The notes beneath the pieces are model-generated. The model was not told the DNA's origin and did not search any database. It saw only the letters and a list, made by a program, of their open reading frames with translations. Below are positions 43,880 through 54,338 of a stretch of DNA of 64,000 nucleotides, piece by piece (the first letter of the stretch is position 1; every line of letters begins with the position of its first letter). Both the position numbers and the translations under genes were made by a program. This stretch comes from Flavobacteriales bacterium (GTDB lineage Bacteria > Bacteroidota > Bacteroidia > JANQJC01). The DNA lies in NCBI GenBank assembly GCA_028281825.1, contig JANQJC010000078.1, forward strand, positions 1,602-65,601. The letters run 5' to 3'.

Positions 43880-45379
43880 CTAAATCTCTATTCCAACAAA
43901 AGTCACATCATCTACCTGCTCATTCCCTTTCTTCCACGCCAAAAACTCAGCTTCCAATACTTCCTTCTGCTTATTCATCGGGGTGCCATTCATGCCCTCT
44001 AGCAAGGGATACAATCGTTTCATCATGAATTTTTTATCCTTTTCCCCGCCAAACTGGTCTACATAACCATCGCTAAACATGTAAAACCTATCCCCAGGTT
44101 GTATCTCTATTATTTGCTCATCAAAACTCCTTTGGGCATCATAGTGCACCCCCCCAATTGGAAACCTATTTGGCTTATACGTCCGACACTTCTGCTCTCG
44201 CACCATTACCAATGGATTAAATGCCCCTGCAAAAGTTAACTTCTTCTCATCTCCATTGAAACAGCACAATGCCATATCCATCCCATCATTCACATTGCTT
44301 CCCCCTTTCTTCAGCAATGAAATTATCATCTTATTCAATTGATTGAGTATTTGGGCTGGACTTTTGATTCCACGTTCAATCACAATCTCGTCCAATAAGG
44401 TATGCCCAATGAGGGACATAAAAGCTCCTGGAACCCCATGCCCCGTGCAATCCACTACAGCTACAAAGCAATTTTTCTCATCCACTTGATGGAACCAATA
44501 AAAATCTCCACTTACAATATCTTTGGGTTTGTATATCACGAATCCTGCCTTGAAATGATTTGTAAGTTGCTCTGGGGATGGAATGATAGATTTCTGAATT
44601 CTACTTGCATAGTCTATGCTATCGGTAATATCCTTGTTTTTCTGTTGCAACTCAGTGTTAATTCTCCCAATAGTCTGGTTATATGCTTCTAGCTTCTTCT
44701 TTGATTGCTCATCCTGGCGCAGTAGCCCGCGAATTTGGAAATAAAGTAAGACACCTACCACAATAAAAACCGCAAGGGTAAAGAGAATGTTTCTCCACAA
44801 TTTGCCCTGCGCAACTGCAAAAAAGTCATCAAAAGGCAAATCAACTTCCACCACACCTATTACCCTACCCTCAGCATTTGTAATGGGTGAAACCGCCGAA
44901 AGCCATGTGCCATGAGCATCCTCAAAGCGAGGGATAACACCTCCTGTTTCATAATTTTCATCCAACTCTTTTGGATGTGTATCATAAGGATGGCGATAAA
45001 ACAATGGGTCAGAAGAACTAATCCCTAGAAAATAATTACCAGAACTATCCCTACTCAAAGTGTAAAGAGGTGTTGGAAGCTTATTTAGCTTACTAGCCCT
45101 TATTAAGATTTCTCTTTGCTCATTATAGTACATGTCCTGAGCAGGATCTGTAATATCATCCTTGTTAGGAAAGCTATCAAGAATCATTTCTAATGCATTT
45201 CCATCCATTTGAGCAGATAAAGTCTGAGAAATGCTATACAAACGCTGAAGTTCAACCTTTTCAGCGGTTTTGATGTGGCTGATATATGAAGCTGTGATGA
45301 AGTATCCTGAAAGGATAAGAAGGGCCAGGTAAACCGTTACCAATATCCTTCCTGAGATATTTCTTAAAATTGAAGACAC
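43880..45379 (-). CDS. Membrane sensor with SpoIIE/PP2C phosphatase domain
   Basis: TM-periplasmic-TM architecture, then SGDFYW, DCTGHGVPGA, DGMD, SDGYVDQFGG and DDVT motifs. Confidence 0.9.
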   Translation of the reverse strand: MSSILRNISGRILVTVYLALLILSGYFITASYISHIKTAEKVELQRLYSISQTLSAQMDGNALEMILDSFPNKDDITDPAQDMYYNEQREILIRASKLNKLPTPLYTLSRDSSGNYFLGISSSDPLFYRHPYDTHPKELDENYETGGVIPRFEDAHGTWLSAVSPITNAEGRVIGVVEVDLPFDDFFAVAQGKLWRNILFTLAVFIVVGVLLYFQIRGLLRQDEQSKKKLEAYNQTIGRINTELQQKNKDITDSIDYASRIQKSIIPSPEQLTNHFKAGFVIYKPKDIVSGDFYWFHQVDEKNCFVAVVDCTGHGVPGAFMSLIGHTLLDEIVIERGIKSPAQILNQLNKMIISLLKKGGSNVNDGMDMALCCFNGDEKKLTFAGAFNPLVMVREQKCRTYKPNRFPIGGVHYDAQRSFDEQIIEIQPGDRFYMFSDGYVDQFGGEKDKKFMMKRLYPLLEGMNGTPMNKQKEVLEAEFLAWKKGNEQVDDVTFVGIEI

Positions 45380-45516
45380 ATCTTTCTGTTGGAAGTGTAC
45401 TTACGTAAACATCTTCCTAAAGTTTTACAAACGAGTGTTAATGTTGCATTGCTGACAAATCCTCGGCACTACGGCAATTCAAACGATGGGATGTAAAGTA
45501 TATTATACCCCAATAC

Positions 45517-47901
45517 TCAAAAATCGATTTTGTAATAAAAAGCAGGGAGAAACCCTAGCTGGTATTCTTCTACAACTTCATTACTGTCAATGATATAGCG
45601 CTGCCTGAGGACATTTTTAATATCAAATACATTCACCAGGTCTACTCCTATCTCATGGGTAATCTTGCTGGCATTTATCTTATAGTTAAGCTTGATATCA
45701 GCCCTAAAGTAGTCCCTGAATTGAAATAGGTTTCTCTCACTATCAACATATACTGTTTCGCCCATGACTCGGGAAGCTATAGTATCAATGGGCGTGTATC
45801 TTCTTCCGCCAGCAAAGGTTACTTTTCCACCCAAACCAAATGAAGAGTTATTCTTCTCGCCCCACTTAAACTCTTTAGTGCCCAAGGCATTCAGCACGTA
45901 ATTTCCGTTAAAATCTGAGTTGAGTGTTTTGCCAGCACTTCCCCTGAAGGTTGCATTATAGAGGGAACCAGTCACCATAAAGAAATATCCTTTATTGAAA
46001 AACTTTTCCAAAGTCATCTCAACCCCATAGTTTTCGCCAGTACCCTTGTTCACTAATTCCCCAGGCCAAAAACGGTCAAATCCACTGCCCTCGTTCAGCA
46101 CATAAAAGTTCGATGCAAAAGTATCTACTGGCACATTATATACTCTTTGATAATAAGTTTCTAACTTCAAGCGCAGGTAGTCGCTGAGTGAATTATCGTA
46201 AGAAAGCACATAATGGATACTCTTGTTAAAATCCAGGTTAGTATTAGCTAAGGTAAAGTTGCCATTTGCGTCATATTGCCTTTGGAAATACACGTAGGTA
46301 GGCTGCAACTGGCTATGCATTCCAAATCCTGCACTCAATGATTGCGTGGGATGGAATTTCCATTTCAGCCCTGCTCTTGGCTCTATTGCCCAGGCATTAT
46401 TAAGTGTGAAATACTGGCCATGTAAGCCAGTATTTAAGGTCCAGTTTTGGGTTATCTTCCAATTCCATTGTGCAAATGGCTGTATCAATAATGCCATCCC
46501 TTCATAATCCATGCGTGTGAGAAACTGCCCAACTGTATCAGTTACTATACTGTCTGCAAAATCAAAAAGATAATCCTCACAATAAACCCCTGTTTTAAAA
46601 GTATGCCTCGCATTGAACTTCTTGTTGTAAAAAAAATTGGCTGATATCTTGTGTTGACTGAAAAGGTAGGAAGTGTGTAAAGTGAGAGAGTCCACTTTAA
46701 AGGTCGAATCGCGGTACACTTTCTCCAAATCATTAGCCGTATATTCTGTTGAACCAGCCAACGTAAATTTCAGGTAGTCATTGTTTTTCAATGACTTAGT
46801 GTAGCTCATCCCTACTGTGCCCATCCCTGAGCGGAAGTATTCATCTTTATCCAAATCACCATACAATTCCCTCTCTGCAATTTCATCAATATCACTTGTT
46901 ATCAAATCAATATTGCTTATTCCCCCCAACCCAAACACTGAAAAATTGTCTGCCTTGCCCAAAGGAAAGTTTAACTTGAAAGCCATATCTTGATACTTAG
47001 GCTCACTATCCGTGCCTATATCAATACCCAGTGCCGAGAAAAGAGTGATGGTAGCATACCTGTAATTAACCAAGTAAGAAGAGCGCTTTTCTTTTGAGAT
47101 AGGCCCTTCAGCGGTTAACTCTGTTCCGAAAAACCCAAGTTGGCCTGTAAATTCATGCTTCTCATTGTTTCCATTTCTCATCTTAAGGTCAAAAGCAGCC
47201 GCTATACTATTGCCAAACTCCGCTGGAAAAGCCCCCGTCATGAAATCAGAATTGGAAAGCACCTTATTGTTCAAAATACCCACTGGCCCACCCGTGCTGC
47301 CTGCCACACTAAAGTGATTTGGGCTGGGGATATTCACTCCCTCCATCCGGTACAATACTCCAAATGGAGAGTTACCGCGCACCACAATATCATTTTTTGA
47401 GTCATCATTACCCACCACCCCAGCAAAGTTAGATGCCATTCTTGCTGGGTCTCCACGGCTACCTGCATATCTATCTGTTTCTTCTACTGAAAAACTTCTG
47501 GCACTTACAGTCGCCATCTCATTAAGGGCTTCACCACGCTTGTTGGCGGTAACGGTAACCTCCTTCATATTGGTGATGGATTCCTCCAACTCAAAATCGT
47601 GGATAAACTCCTTACCTGAATTCAGCACGATATTAGGCAACACGATTTTCTCATAGCCAATATATGATGCTACTAGGGTATAGCGCCCCACAGGTACATT
47701 ATCAATGCGATAAATACCGTCAATGTCAGTAGTAGCTCCTTTTACTAGAATTGTATCCTCGTATACCGTAATTGCAGCCCCTATTAATGTTGATTTGGTG
47801 TCAATATCTATCACCTGCCCTCGGATAGTCTGTGTCGGCTCTTGTGCCATGGTGGATAACGCGCAGACAGTAATGGTGAAAAAGATGAGAATTTGTCGCA
47901 T
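45517..47901 (-). CDS. TonB-dependent receptor with carboxypeptidase-like regulatory domain
   Basis: Signal peptide, plug motif (VRGNSP...YRMEG), terminal aromatic residue (YKIDF). Confidence 0.9.
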   Translation of the reverse strand: MRQILIFFTITVCALSTMAQEPTQTIRGQVIDIDTKSTLIGAAITVYEDTILVKGATTDIDGIYRIDNVPVGRYTLVASYIGYEKIVLPNIVLNSGKEFIHDFELEESITNMKEVTVTANKRGEALNEMATVSARSFSVEETDRYAGSRGDPARMASNFAGVVGNDDSKNDIVVRGNSPFGVLYRMEGVNIPSPNHFSVAGSTGGPVGILNNKVLSNSDFMTGAFPAEFGNSIAAAFDLKMRNGNNEKHEFTGQLGFFGTELTAEGPISKEKRSSYLVNYRYATITLFSALGIDIGTDSEPKYQDMAFKLNFPLGKADNFSVFGLGGISNIDLITSDIDEIAERELYGDLDKDEYFRSGMGTVGMSYTKSLKNNDYLKFTLAGSTEYTANDLEKVYRDSTFKVDSLTLHTSYLFSQHKISANFFYNKKFNARHTFKTGVYCEDYLFDFADSIVTDTVGQFLTRMDYEGMALLIQPFAQWNWKITQNWTLNTGLHGQYFTLNNAWAIEPRAGLKWKFHPTQSLSAGFGMHSQLQPTYVYFQRQYDANGNFTLANTNLDFNKSIHYVLSYDNSLSDYLRLKLETYYQRVYNVPVDTFASNFYVLNEGSGFDRFWPGELVNKGTGENYGVEMTLEKFFNKGYFFMVTGSLYNATFRGSAGKTLNSDFNGNYVLNALGTKEFKWGEKNNSSFGLGGKVTFAGGRRYTPIDTIASRVMGETVYVDSERNLFQFRDYFRADIKLNYKINASKITHEIGVDLVNVFDIKNVLRQRYIIDSNEVVEEYQLGFLPAFYYKIDF

Positions 47902-48011
47902 AAGACTCGCAGAAACGAAAATAGATATTTTTCCTAAAGCTTTGATTCTGGCTTAATCCATTGAAAACAATATTTTTACAGCCTGTTTGTTAATAGCATA
48001 CCAATCGCTAA

Positions 48012-49589
48012 ATGAAAAATACCCTACAAAAGGCCGAGCCTTATTTTTTTCTCCTGGTATGCCTATTAAATGCCATTCCACTCTTTCTACATAGATTTTT
48101 TCCCACGATGGATGGGCCCGCTCATCTCTACAATTCTACGCTTATAGGTGATGTGCTCTTTGGAGATAACTCATTGCAAGACTACTATATTTTCCGGGGC
48201 CGTCCGGTACCCAATTGGATTGGCCATTTTTTGTTGAGTATCTTCGATATTGTACTACCCGCATGGCTTGCAGAAAAAGCACTCTTATTGAGTTACTTCA
48301 TCTTCCTACCATTATCCTTCAGAAAATTGGTGTCTCAATTTGGTAATGTTTGGGCCTCATATCTTATTTTTCCTTTTACTTATAGCCTTCTGTTTTTTAT
48401 GGGCTTCTATAATCTCAGTTTATCCCTCATCTTTTTGTTTGTTACCATTGCCTATTGGGTTAGGCATCAGGATAATCTCAATACCAAAAAGGGGCTCATT
48501 CTTTTCGGGTTAATAACTGCAGCTTTTTTCTCTCATGTTTTTATATATGCCATCCTGCTCTTCACGCTATTCCTGTTTTCACTTCAATCTTTTCTCAAAC
48601 AAGAAACCCGGGAAATTGGTGCCCTAGTCAAAAAGAACCTATACCTACTGGCAGCAAGTGCTTTGAGTCTAATTTTCTTTTTCATGTTTCTCGGCACCAG
48701 TCAGTTACCATCAACAGATAGGCAATTACCTTTTTACGAATTGGTGAAATGGATTGAAGACGTTCGCCCATTAATTGCTCTAGACTATGACAAGGAAAGG
48801 TCATTCACAAGGCTTATCTTTTATGTAGCCATGACCCTTTCAGGAATGATAATCTACCAGCGGTTTACCAAACTGGACTTTAAGAATGGGTTCACCATTC
48901 AAAAAATAACGCGCTCAGGCTTCTTTCTTGCTTCAGATGTGTTTGCCTTAATTGCCTTACTATTGCTCACTCTGTATATCAAAGTACCAGACGGTGCGGG
49001 CGCAGGTATGATGTCAGACAGGTTTTGCCTTTTGTTCTATTTCTTTTTCATCACTTGGATAGCCTCGCAACCCTTGCCAAAAAGGATACTCATTCCTACT
49101 ACCTTCATAATCCTTTTTCTATCATACAAGCTCATTGACTTTTACAAAGATCCGGTAAAAGACATGAACACAGTAGCCGTGGAGTTGGAGAAAGCAGGTG
49201 AACATATAGAGCCTTACAGCACAGTATTGCCAATCAATAGGTCGGGGCATTGGTTAATGCCACATGTTTCAAACTATGCAGGCATTAATACTCCCATCGT
49301 ATTGCTTGAAAACTATGAGGCAAGCCTGGATTGGTTCCCAATTGGATGGAATAACGAAAAGATGCCGCGCTATATGTTTGGAGACTTAGCTGGTTCTCCC
49401 TGTTACTGGTGGAAAACCGATAGTGAAGGCAAAAAAGAGTTAATTGACTACGTGTTGATATTCGGGGGTCAACCTTTTGATGAAAATTGCCAAACTGAAT
49501 ACGATAGAATAATTACGACCTATTACGAGCCCGTTTATAGCTCTGATAGTTACAAGCTAGAACTATTCAAACTGAAATCAAACCTATGA
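48012..49589 (+). CDS. Multi-pass membrane protein, GT-C-like
   Basis: PTMDGPAHLYNS first-loop motif, about 11 TM, soluble C-terminal domain. Confidence 0.65.
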   Translation: MKNTLQKAEPYFFLLVCLLNAIPLFLHRFFPTMDGPAHLYNSTLIGDVLFGDNSLQDYYIFRGRPVPNWIGHFLLSIFDIVLPAWLAEKALLLSYFIFLPLSFRKLVSQFGNVWASYLIFPFTYSLLFFMGFYNLSLSLIFLFVTIAYWVRHQDNLNTKKGLILFGLITAAFFSHVFIYAILLFTLFLFSLQSFLKQETREIGALVKKNLYLLAASALSLIFFFMFLGTSQLPSTDRQLPFYELVKWIEDVRPLIALDYDKERSFTRLIFYVAMTLSGMIIYQRFTKLDFKNGFTIQKITRSGFFLASDVFALIALLLLTLYIKVPDGAGAGMMSDRFCLLFYFFFITWIASQPLPKRILIPTTFIILFLSYKLIDFYKDPVKDMNTVAVELEKAGEHIEPYSTVLPINRSGHWLMPHVSNYAGINTPIVLLENYEASLDWFPIGWNNEKMPRYMFGDLAGSPCYWWKTDSEGKKELIDYVLIFGGQPFDENCQTEYDRIITTYYEPVYSSDSYKLELFKLKSNL

Positions 49590-50146
49590 GACTAATTCTT
49601 GCATTTATCTTATCACTATGTTTTTTGCCGTGCATGTCGCAGGTTACTCTTAACGGAGTAAAACTGCCTGCTAAAATAAAGCATGAAGACACAGAGCTGA
49701 GCTTAAGTAATGCCGGCATTAGAAAAAAATATTGGTTCAAAGTATATACTCTTGGCCTATACCTGGAGCAAAAAAACACGAATGCATCGCAGATAGTAAA
49801 TGCAGGCCAACCAATGGGATTTCGTTTGGTGGTAACATCCAGTATGGTTGACAGCGATAATTTCTCCGAGTCAACAAGAGAAGGATTCAAAAGGTCACTA
49901 AAAGGCAAAACCGCTCCCCTTCAATCCAAAATTGATGCCTTCATAAATACTTTCTCGAAAAATGAGATTAACGAGGGGGATGTGTTTGACTTATGGTATA
50001 CACCCAACGTGGGATTAAGGTCTTATAGAAATGGCACACTCGTGAGCACCATTGAAGGTCATGATTTTAAAAAAGCACTTTTTGGCATTTGGCTTGGTGA
50101 TGACCCGGTTGATGAAGACCTACATGACACCCTAATCGGTAAATAA
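49586..50146 (+). CDS. Chalcone isomerase-like (CHI-fold) secreted protein
   Basis: Signal peptide; GIRKKYWFKVY...LYL and FGIWLG..PVD motifs. Confidence 0.85.
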   Translation: MRLILAFILSLCFLPCMSQVTLNGVKLPAKIKHEDTELSLSNAGIRKKYWFKVYTLGLYLEQKNTNASQIVNAGQPMGFRLVVTSSMVDSDNFSESTREGFKRSLKGKTAPLQSKIDAFINTFSKNEINEGDVFDLWYTPNVGLRSYRNGTLVSTIEGHDFKKALFGIWLGDDPVDEDLHDTLIGK

Positions 50147-50306
50147 TCGTAACAATATTTGCATTTTTGACACTGGTCAGTCAAAAAGCAAGAGAAGGCT
50201 AAAAAACAGCATAAAAGGAGTCAATAAAGTCCTTATGAGCGTAACTAAACAAGGCATTTTCTCGTTCTAGAAAGCACCGTTTAACTAACCGCTATCCGCT
50301 AATCCG

Positions 50307-52664
50307 ATGGGAAGGGCTAAAACAAGTATTGCTGGTATTGATACCTTGAATCAAGATGCTTGGGAATTGCGTACCTCTGAACCCGAAAAAGCATCTGAAT
50401 TAGCAAAAAAAGCATTATCAAAATCACAAAGGCTTAATTACACTAAAGGGATTGCAGAGTGCCGAAGAACCATTGCAATGCTGGCTTTTCGCTCTGATGT
50501 TTATGCCGTAGCTTATGAAAACGCCCTGCTTTCGGCTAAACTATTTCAAGAAATCGGGGACATACAAAATGAAGCCATCGTTCTCAATATCCTTGGTGGC
50601 ATTTACAATTATCTGGGAGACCACAAGCATCGCCTGGAAGCAAACCTGAGAAGCCTACAATTAAGGCGAAAAGTGGGTGATAGGATGGATATCCTCACCT
50701 CCATGAACAATACAGGTGATACCTATATCAAACTGGGTGACTATGATAGGGCATTAAGCCTTTTTTATGAATGCCTTGATATAGTGGGTGATGAGCGAGA
50801 CAAGATAAGAGCTATTGTACTTTGCAATATTGGGGAGATTAAAATGCTTCAAGGTGAATATCCTGAAGCAATTGAAATACTCGAAGAAAGCCTTGATATA
50901 TCAAGAGAAATAGACTACACTCAAATAGTTATCGTTGATTTACTGATGCTGGGGAATATTAACATCATTAATAGTGAGCCAAAAGCTGCCATAAGCCAAC
51001 TGCAAGAAGCGCTGGAAATAGCTGTGTCAATTCAAAGCCATCGCGATATTTCTGAAGCTCATGATTTACTATCCAGGGCATGGCAGAATCTCGACAAACC
51101 AGAAACCGCCCTTGAGCATTTCAAAAAGTTCTTTCATCATAAAAATCTGGTAATTAATGAAGAAAAGCTCACAGAGCTTAAGAACATCCAATTTAAAAAC
51201 GAGTTGGCCACCTATCAAACCACCAATGAAAGGCTTGAAAAAGAAGTAAAAGCAAGAACAGAGGAACTAAGGCAAGCATATAAAGAGCAGCAAACAGCCC
51301 TTGAGGTGGAGCGTACTGTTAATCAGTTCTCTTCTTCACTGCACACCTTAAATACCATTGATGACCTGGTTTGGGGTTTGGCAAAAAACTGTATTTCTCG
51401 CCTTGATTTTGTCGATTGCGTGATATACCTGATGGATGATGAAAGAAAAGTACTGGTGCAAAGAGCCGCTTATGGTATAAAAAACCCAAAAGACTATGAC
51501 ATTATGAACCCAATCGAAATACCTATTGGTAAGGGTATTGTGGGTTCGGTAGCGCAAAGTGGCCAGGCTGAATTGATTGGGGATACGTCTCAAGACCCCA
51601 GGTATATAATAGACGACGAAGTAAGACTTGCTGAAATTGCTGTACCCATAATCAGCGGCAGCAAAATAATTGGTGTAATTGACAGCGAACACCCTGAGAA
51701 GAATTTCTTTAGTGAAAAACATTTAAGGATACTTACCACCATTGCGTCACTTTGTGCCAATAAAATTGAACACATAAAGGCGGAAGAATACAAAGAAAAG
51801 CTGCAGCAAGAGCTTATTGACCAGCTGCGTAAAAATGAAGAATTACAAACCAAAGTAAATAGAGAGCTTGAAGAAAAAGTACAAGAAAGAACTCTTGAGA
51901 TTGAACAGCAAAGGAAAGATATAACAGACAGTATCAATTATGCAAGAACTATACAGGATTCTTTACTGCCCAGCAATGCAGTACTTAAATCTCACTTTCC
52001 TGATATATTCATCTATTACCAACCAAAAGATATTGTAAGCGGTGATTTTTATTGGGTAGGTGAAAGGGATATTGAAAGTGTTCTTGCCATTGCTGACTCC
52101 ACTGGGCATGGCGTGCCAGGAGCCTTGATGAGTGTTTTAGGGAGTTCAAAACTTGGCCTGGCTTTAGAGCGTACAAATCATCCTGGTGAAATATTATCCA
52201 TCATCAATAAAGAAGTTAAGAAAGCCTTGTCACAAACCATGCCCGATTCCATATCAAAAGATGGCATGGATATGGCCATCATCAAGCATAACCCCAATAA
52301 AAAAACACTAGAATACGCTGGCGCACACAGACCTTTTTGGCTGATTAGAGACGGGAAGCTAACCGAAATAAGAGCTACTCGTTCATCACTTGGAGGCCTT
52401 TCATCTAATGACCAAAACTTTGAAACCCACACCATAAAGGTGAAAAAGGGTGATATGGTTTACCTGTTCACCGATGGCTATGCCGACCAATTTGGCGGTA
52501 ATAATGGAAGAAAAATGATGATTCGACGTTTCAGAGAATTGCTGCTAAAAATCGCCCCATTTGAACTAAGACAACAAGAAGAAAGGCTAAAAGACTACTT
52601 CAATAACTGGAAAGGGGAAAAGGCGCAGATAGACGACATTTTGGTTGCTGGAATCAAATTCTAA
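50307..52664 (+). CDS. TPR-GAF-SpoIIE/PP2C phosphatase
   Basis: N-terminal TPRs, coiled coil, GAF (GKGIVGSVA...IGVIDSE), PP2C motifs SGDFYW, GHGVPGA, DGMD, TDGY and DDI. Confidence 0.9.
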   Translation: MGRAKTSIAGIDTLNQDAWELRTSEPEKASELAKKALSKSQRLNYTKGIAECRRTIAMLAFRSDVYAVAYENALLSAKLFQEIGDIQNEAIVLNILGGIYNYLGDHKHRLEANLRSLQLRRKVGDRMDILTSMNNTGDTYIKLGDYDRALSLFYECLDIVGDERDKIRAIVLCNIGEIKMLQGEYPEAIEILEESLDISREIDYTQIVIVDLLMLGNINIINSEPKAAISQLQEALEIAVSIQSHRDISEAHDLLSRAWQNLDKPETALEHFKKFFHHKNLVINEEKLTELKNIQFKNELATYQTTNERLEKEVKARTEELRQAYKEQQTALEVERTVNQFSSSLHTLNTIDDLVWGLAKNCISRLDFVDCVIYLMDDERKVLVQRAAYGIKNPKDYDIMNPIEIPIGKGIVGSVAQSGQAELIGDTSQDPRYIIDDEVRLAEIAVPIISGSKIIGVIDSEHPEKNFFSEKHLRILTTIASLCANKIEHIKAEEYKEKLQQELIDQLRKNEELQTKVNRELEEKVQERTLEIEQQRKDITDSINYARTIQDSLLPSNAVLKSHFPDIFIYYQPKDIVSGDFYWVGERDIESVLAIADSTGHGVPGALMSVLGSSKLGLALERTNHPGEILSIINKEVKKALSQTMPDSISKDGMDMAIIKHNPNKKTLEYAGAHRPFWLIRDGKLTEIRATRSSLGGLSSNDQNFETHTIKVKKGDMVYLFTDGYADQFGGNNGRKMMIRRFRELLLKIAPFELRQQEERLKDYFNNWKGEKAQIDDILVAGIKF

Positions 52665-52721
52665 TTATACAGGCATACCACCCCTGCCCTACATTTCGCA
52701 TCTTTGCGCATCAATTGAGAT

Positions 52722-53219
52722 GTGATGAAAGATAACCTAAAGACCTTCGAAATACGCTGGGGAGACCTTGACCCTAATCGCCACGTAGCTAATTCAGCCT
52801 ATGTTGAGTTCATGAATGATACTCGTATGACTTACATGAACAGAAATGGGTTTACCCAAAATAAGTTTGCAGAACACAACATTGGGCCTGTAGTATTTAA
52901 TGAAGAATACCATTACCTGAAAGAAATAATGCCCAGAGAAATTATTTATGTGGATGTTGAGCTAAAAGGTGTTTCTGAAGACAAAAGGTTTTACAGGTTT
53001 GCCCATTGTCTTTATAAAGAAAGTGGGGAGATAGCTGTATATAGCGAATTGCTTTTTGGGTGGATGGATTTGAGTGAACGCAAACTTCGTGTACCACCAG
53101 GTGAATTACTTAACATACTCGAGAATATGCCTAAGTCAGATTCGTTTGCACCAATTTTAAAACAAGAAATGAGGTCTGCTAAAGTGCCTTACGGTAAATT
53201 ACTTGAGGTGACAGCTTAA
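52722..53219 (+). CDS. Acyl-CoA thioesterase (4HBT/FcbC-like)
   Basis: RWGDLDPNRHVANSAY hotdog-fold motif. Confidence 0.88.
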   Translation: MMKDNLKTFEIRWGDLDPNRHVANSAYVEFMNDTRMTYMNRNGFTQNKFAEHNIGPVVFNEEYHYLKEIMPREIIYVDVELKGVSEDKRFYRFAHCLYKESGEIAVYSELLFGWMDLSERKLRVPPGELLNILENMPKSDSFAPILKQEMRSAKVPYGKLLEVTA

Positions 53220-54178
53220 GAACCTGCTTTCAAATTTTTGATTTGCTGCAATTGTTCGTGCCTCTCTACCTTTCTCTGAACCTCTTGAGCCTTCGACTCT
53301 TTTTCAGCTTCTGCATATAATTTCATGTGTTTGTGTGCCGAGTCTTCATCTCCAATAGCACTATAGGCTTTTGATATTATTTCATGAACCTTGTCTCTCA
53401 ATGAAATGAGGTTAATCCGTTCAGCCACCTCTAATGCCCTGTTGGAGTATTGTATTGCTCCTGTGTAATTACCCAGTTGGTAATGGGTCTCACCATAGTT
53501 CATTAAGGTAAGGGCTATACCCCTTTGGTTATCAATTTGCTGATTGAGTCGAAGGGCTTTCTCCAAATACTCCAATCCCATATTAAACTTCCTCATATAA
53601 ACATAAGCTCCAGCAGCACCTCCAAGTGCATTACTCTTCCCCAGTTTATCATCATATATCTCATGTATTTCAAGGCTTTTCAAAAAACACTCCAAGGCTT
53701 CTTCATTCTCATAGTTATGCAGTCTAACAAACCCAATATTATTCAAAAGAGTACCGCAGAAGTTCTCATTTCCCGCCTTAGTAGCTGCTTCTATGGCTTT
53801 TTCAAAAAAGGTGATTGCATTATCATTGTCATTCAATTCCCCATGCACAATACCTATCCCACAGTAAACCAAACTCTTACCATGTTGGTCATCCAGCAGT
53901 TGATATTTGTTAAGCGCTTCTGTGTAATGGTCTAGCGCGCTGGAATAATCCGCCAACTTCCAAAGAGCGCTTGCGGCCTGTATGTGTGCTCCGGCAATTA
54001 TCTCCTGGTTGCTTATGTGCTCCGCCTCTTGTATTGCCTCATTAGCTAGAGACCAAGATCTTAAATAGTCTCTCTCGCTTAGTAATTTACTCAGTTCCAG
54101 GAGTGTTTCAGCCCTTTCTTGCCCCGTTGAAAGATAGGAGGCCTTATGTTCTAATTCCTTTAGTTTTTTCTCGTCCAT
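53216..54178 (-). CDS. Stand-alone tetratricopeptide repeat protein
   Basis: About 6-7 TPRs, no output domain. Confidence 0.85.
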   Translation of the reverse strand: MDEKKLKELEHKASYLSTGQERAETLLELSKLLSERDYLRSWSLANEAIQEAEHISNQEIIAGAHIQAASALWKLADYSSALDHYTEALNKYQLLDDQHGKSLVYCGIGIVHGELNDNDNAITFFEKAIEAATKAGNENFCGTLLNNIGFVRLHNYENEEALECFLKSLEIHEIYDDKLGKSNALGGAAGAYVYMRKFNMGLEYLEKALRLNQQIDNQRGIALTLMNYGETHYQLGNYTGAIQYSNRALEVAERINLISLRDKVHEIISKAYSAIGDEDSAHKHMKLYAEAEKESKAQEVQRKVERHEQLQQIKNLKAGS

Positions 54179-54338
54179 TTTCTTTCAAAAAACACCTTTC
54201 TTATAAGGAATTATATCGATAAAGTTACAGTTCAGCGCACATTACTTTCGTATTTTTAGCAATTATTGTTCTGCAAGGGCTATAACGTGATTTGTATCTC
54301 ATTTTCCCCTATTTTTGCAGCCAATTTCAAAACGCTGA

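Noticed and set aside
45380-45516. Possible riboswitch upstream of the PP2C sensor (GGAAG/CTTCC hairpin on the minus strand)
   Set aside because: Only one short stem, and no conserved aptamer motif that I recognise.
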